Below, in pieces: positions 60,658 to 64,000 of a DNA stretch of 64,000 nt. How positions within the stretch are numbered: position 1 is the first letter of the stretch; the number at the start of each line of letters is the position of its first letter. This DNA comes from an uncultured archaeon (GTDB lineage: Archaea; Thermoplasmatota; Thermoplasmata; Thermoplasmatales; Thermoplasmataceae). The translations under genes and the position numbers were made by a program. The stretch is from the NCBI GenBank assembly GCA_000965745.1, contig CP009479.1, forward strand, positions 1,984,001 to 2,048,000, written 5' to 3'. The notes beneath the pieces were generated by a model that saw only the letters and a program-made list of their open reading frames with translations, had not been told where the DNA came from and searched no databases.

Positions 60658-62205
60658 TTACTGCAATCTCTTGCCCATGTATGGGCCTACTCTCTCATAG
60701 CCCATTCTTCTGAAATATTCCCTTACTCCTATCCCGCTTATTACAAGGATTCTTCCCAGGCCATATTCTTCCCTGGTGATTCTTTCAGCCTCCGCCATAA
60801 GAAGGCCTCCGAACCCTTTATGCTGCCACCTGCCTCCAGCCTTGTCCCCTACCGGGACGACGCTGCCGAACACTTTTATCTCCCTGATCACGGAAGAATC
60901 TGCCATTTCTTTCCTGTGTGCGCTGTCAGAAGGGATTCTAAGCCTTACAAATCCCACTATCCTGTTATCCTGCGTTTCATATGAAATGAATATCTCTTTC
61001 CCGCCACTCGCTTCATAATTTCTCCGTCTCAGGGCTGGTTCCTCCCCCATCTCAGGTACACGGCCAATTTCACGGGACCTCATTTCCATAGTGTTGATAC
61101 CGAGTTCATTCAGCCTGTCATCAACCATGTTTCGTATGTCGCTCCTCTTGACCCCGGACTCGATAAACTTGACAGGAATGTCCCTCTGCATCCTCTGCAC
61201 TCTGATCCAGGGAGGCATATTCTTCATGAAATAGGTAATGAGATCCACGGCGCTATCAGTATCCAGCGGCATGTATTTCCCCTGCTTCCACATCCTGTAT
61301 ATCGCTGTGCCCTTGACAACCAGCGTTGGGTAAATCTTCAGCATGTCGGGCCTGTAGGCGGGATCCTTGATCATAAGGTCGAAGCTTTTCTTGTCATCTT
61401 CAATTGAGGCTCCAGGCATCCCCGGCATCAGATGATACACCATCTTCAGGCCCGCGTCCCTTGAGAGCTGCGTAGACTTGACAATCTCTGCTATGCCATG
61501 TCCCCGCCCATTCTTCCTCAATATCCTCTCTGATATATTCTGGACTCCAAGCTCAACTTTTGTTGCGCCATATCTCAGGGAAAGGTCAATCTCCTTCTCA
61601 AAAAACCAGTCGGGTTTCGTCTCTACTGTCAGACCGATGCATCTGCGTCCAGCACCCTCGTTCTGAAGGATGGACTCGTCAAGCGTGTTTGATATGCTCA
61701 TGTTCATGCCGTCCAGGCATCCCTTAACAAATGACTCCTGGTACTCCCTGGGCCTTGCAGTGAATGTTCCGCCCATTATTATCAAATCAACTTTGCTGGT
61801 ATCATGGCCTATGGTATCAAGCTGCTTCAGCCTGTTGAACACCTGGTTGTAGCCATCGTAGCCGTTGCTCCTCCCTCTCAGGGCGGCAGGCTCATATCCG
61901 GTGTAAGCTTGCGGGGAATTGTTTTCGAGCCCTCCCGGGCAGTATATGCACTTGCCGTGAGGGCACCTGTCCGGAGAGGTCATGGCGGCAACAACTGCAA
62001 CTCCGGATATTGTCCTTGTGGGTTTAATTCTAAGAAGATCAAGATACTGTTCATCGAATTCAGCAGAGTTAAGGATTTCAACATCACCGGGGATATAATC
62101 AAGATTATACCGCTTCGCCAGCTGCATTTTTCTGGACTGAAGCTGCTCCTTTGTCTTTACGTTCCCGGTCCTGATTTCGTGGACTATCTCTTCATAAAAG
62201 TCCAT
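60658..62205 (-). CDS. elp3: tRNA U34 acetyltransferase Elp3
   Basis: 'RTISGVAVVA', 'CPHGKCIYCPGG', 'KIYPTLV', GNAT 'QHKGFG'. Confidence 0.95.
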   Translation of the reverse strand: MDFYEEIVHEIRTGNVKTKEQLQSRKMQLAKRYNLDYIPGDVEILNSAEFDEQYLDLLRIKPTRTISGVAVVAAMTSPDRCPHGKCIYCPGGLENNSPQAYTGYEPAALRGRSNGYDGYNQVFNRLKQLDTIGHDTSKVDLIIMGGTFTARPREYQESFVKGCLDGMNMSISNTLDESILQNEGAGRRCIGLTVETKPDWFFEKEIDLSLRYGATKVELGVQNISERILRKNGRGHGIAEIVKSTQLSRDAGLKMVYHLMPGMPGASIEDDKKSFDLMIKDPAYRPDMLKIYPTLVVKGTAIYRMWKQGKYMPLDTDSAVDLITYFMKNMPPWIRVQRMQRDIPVKFIESGVKRSDIRNMVDDRLNELGINTMEMRSREIGRVPEMGEEPALRRRNYEASGGKEIFISYETQDNRIVGFVRLRIPSDSAHRKEMADSSVIREIKVFGSVVPVGDKAGGRWQHKGFGGLLMAEAERITREEYGLGRILVISGIGVREYFRRMGYERVGPYMGKRLQ

Positions 62206-62317
62206 CCAGGTTGGAATGCTTGAGATTATTAAACCCTTTTGAGAGGTCTGGATGAAATATGCTGTTGATCATGGAGGTGTGTGGAAGATTTTAATCAGCA
62301 GCAGCTTATCATGGAAC

Positions 62318-62806
62318 ATGGGGCTGGATATATCTGAAATTGAAGTGAATAAGCCTGATGACACGAACGTTATAGTGGGATATTCCCATTTTATCAAGAC
62401 TGTCGAAGACCTTACTGAAATTGTCAGGACCACTGCACCCGAAGCAAAGTTCTCTGTAACGTTTTCTGAGGCATCAGGCCCAAGGCTTGTCAGGTTTGAG
62501 GGAAATGACAGTGAACTAGTAGAATATGGGATTGAAAACATCAAAAGGATTGCATCTGGGCATACTTTCATGATTATTTTGAGGAATGCCTTCCCGATAA
62601 GCATACTCAACGCATTGAAACTGTGCCAGGAGGTCGGCACCATCTATGCTGCGACCGCGAACCCTTTGAAGGTGCTTGTTGCCAGGGGCGAGGATGGAAA
62701 TGGTGTTATAGGCGTTATTGATGGTGGATCCCCACTTGGTGTTGAAAGCGAGGATGACAAGAAGAAAAGAAGGCAGTTCCTGAGAGATATAGGTTACAAA
62801 GGATAG
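62318..62806 (+). CDS. Adenosine-specific kinase family (DUF355)
   Basis: 'HFIKTVEDL', 'FSEASGPRL', 'ATANP', 'GVIDG', 'LRDIGYK'. Confidence 0.88.
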   Translation: MGLDISEIEVNKPDDTNVIVGYSHFIKTVEDLTEIVRTTAPEAKFSVTFSEASGPRLVRFEGNDSELVEYGIENIKRIASGHTFMIILRNAFPISILNALKLCQEVGTIYAATANPLKVLVARGEDGNGVIGVIDGGSPLGVESEDDKKKRRQFLRDIGYKG

Positions 62807-62877
62807 GACCCGTAGTGTAATGGATATCATTCAGGCCTCCGGAGCCTGCGATCCGGGTTCGAATCCCGGCGGGTTCA
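62806..62877 (+). tRNA. tRNA-Arg(CCG)
   Basis: GGACCCG/CGGGTTC acceptor stem, CAGGC-CT-CCG-GA-GCCTG, GTTCGAATCC. Confidence 0.93.
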
Positions 62878-62964
62878 TATTATAGGCGCAAATCAACAAG
62901 TTAACCTGTTGAAACTGATAGAACTGTCTGGCAATCTTTATTTATCGATGTTCAATCGATGATC

Positions 62965-64000
62965 ATGTCGGAAATCAAGACCGTGAATCCATTCACTGAA
63001 GAAGTTCTGGAAACTTACAAAAGCGAGTCTCTTGAAGATATCCAGAGGAAGGTATCTTCGATAAGGGATGCACAGGCTGAATGGAAAAAGGATATAGAAG
63101 AAAGACTCAATTATTTCAAGAAAACTCTCAAGCCAAATTTTGAAAGGAACCAGGAAGAGCTTGCAAAGCTTATGACCAGTGAGATGGGAAAGCCCATATC
63201 CCAGAGCAGGGCTGAAGTAAAGAAGTCCATATCGCTTATAGACTACCTAATCGGGAATTCAAAGAATTTTCTTGAAAATGAGCAAATCGGGACTGAAGCA
63301 ATGGACAGCCATGTGAGATTTGACCCGCTTGGTGTCATAATGTCAATTGAACCATGGAATTTTCCTTCGTGGCAGGTAGTGAGGGCAGTGATGCCCGCAT
63401 TAATGTCAGGAAACGGCGTGATACTCAAGCATGCTTCGCAGGTCTCCGGAACCAGCCTGAAACTGAAGGAAATCTTTGACACCCCGTTGTTTGACTCAAC
63501 GATAACAAGGGGGGAGACTGCAACATCAGCGATAAAGTATGTCGACGGCATAGCTTTCACGGGATCGACTGAAGTGGGACAGAAAATAGCAGCTGAGGCT
63601 GGAAAGGAACTCAAGAAGGTGGTCATGGAGCTCGGTGGATCGGACCCATTCATAGTGATGAAATCAGCAGACTTGGATTATGCTGCAAAAAATGCCACTT
63701 TCGGCAGGCTTCAGAATAACGGGCAGAGCTGTATTGCGTCGAAACGGTTCATTGTACAGGAAGAAGTCTACAATGAATTTTATGAGAAGCTAAAGGATGA
63801 ATTCAGCAAGGTCCGGATTGGAGATCCAATGGATTCTGGAACGTTCCTCGGGCCATTGTCATCATCCTCGCAGAGAAGCACGGTGCTGAAGCAGGTGGAT
63901 GACCTGTCAGGCACATCGGAAATAGAGTATCTTGGTGAAAAGTCCGGAAACATAGTTCCTCCAACGTTAATCCGAACGGATGTTAGTTATCAGGACGAGA
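62965..64000 (+). CDS. NAD(P)-dependent aldehyde dehydrogenase (SSADH-like), runs off the window end
   Basis: 'TVNP', 'EMGKP', 'PWNFP', 'LKHA', 'FTGS', 'ELGGSDP', 'GQSCIA'. Confidence 0.9.
   Translation, partial: MSEIKTVNPFTEEVLETYKSESLEDIQRKVSSIRDAQAEWKKDIEERLNYFKKTLKPNFERNQEELAKLMTSEMGKPISQSRAEVKKSISLIDYLIGNSKNFLENEQIGTEAMDSHVRFDPLGVIMSIEPWNFPSWQVVRAVMPALMSGNGVILKHASQVSGTSLKLKEIFDTPLFDSTITRGETATSAIKYVDGIAFTGSTEVGQKIAAEAGKELKKVVMELGGSDPFIVMKSADLDYAAKNATFGRLQNNGQSCIASKRFIVQEEVYNEFYEKLKDEFSKVRIGDPMDSGTFLGPLSSSSQRSTVLKQVDDLSGTSEIEYLGEKSGNIVPPTLIRTDVSYQDE

Noticed and set aside
33590-62877. Three tRNA-Arg genes plus argGH within about 30 kb as an arginine cluster
   Set aside because: Dispersed, on different strands and separated by unrelated genes; probably coincidence.
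1-64000. CRISPR arrays, rRNA, integrase or att-site duplications
   Set aside because: None seen by eye; a repeat finder would be needed to exclude short att cores.

Overview
Archaeal chromosomal window, most consistent with a Thermoplasmatales-type organism (tricorn-interacting factor F1, 'KA|ETGIG' archaellin, archaeal SRP RNA, Elp3, MptA, prefoldin, Pcc1, many leaderless TATA-driven genes). The taxonomy is inferred, not looked up. Most of the window is housekeeping and metabolism: purD, scpB, dcd, rnz, lhr, a cobalamin/Fe-chelate ABC transporter, ribL, mptA-pfdB-pcc1, dps, thrC, argGH, pyrKD, elp3, four tRNAs (Ser-GCT, Arg-TCT, Arg-TCG, Arg-CCG) and the SRP RNA. Best candidates for novelty: (1) an intact IS481/ISA0963-type transposase homologue that appears to have lost two of its three DDE residues and shows no IS ends, placed head-to-head with a solo archaellin, with a TGCGAAA-T-TTTCGCA palindrome just upstream of the archaellin TATA box (possible domesticated transposase regulator); (2) an accessory patch after tRNA-Ser with an orphan M-S fusion methyltransferase, four toxin-less AbrB-like paralogues and a decayed tnpB; (3) a 22-aa Asp-rich microprotein gene with its own TATA, SD and terminator; (4) tRNAs abutting or overlapping stop codons; (5) a degenerate STAND-like ATPase-TPR protein coupled to a small Cys-rich partner. 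The supplied ORF track mislabels the strand of 33678..34565 (it is on the minus strand). All calls are by-eye motif recognition; no database searches were run.
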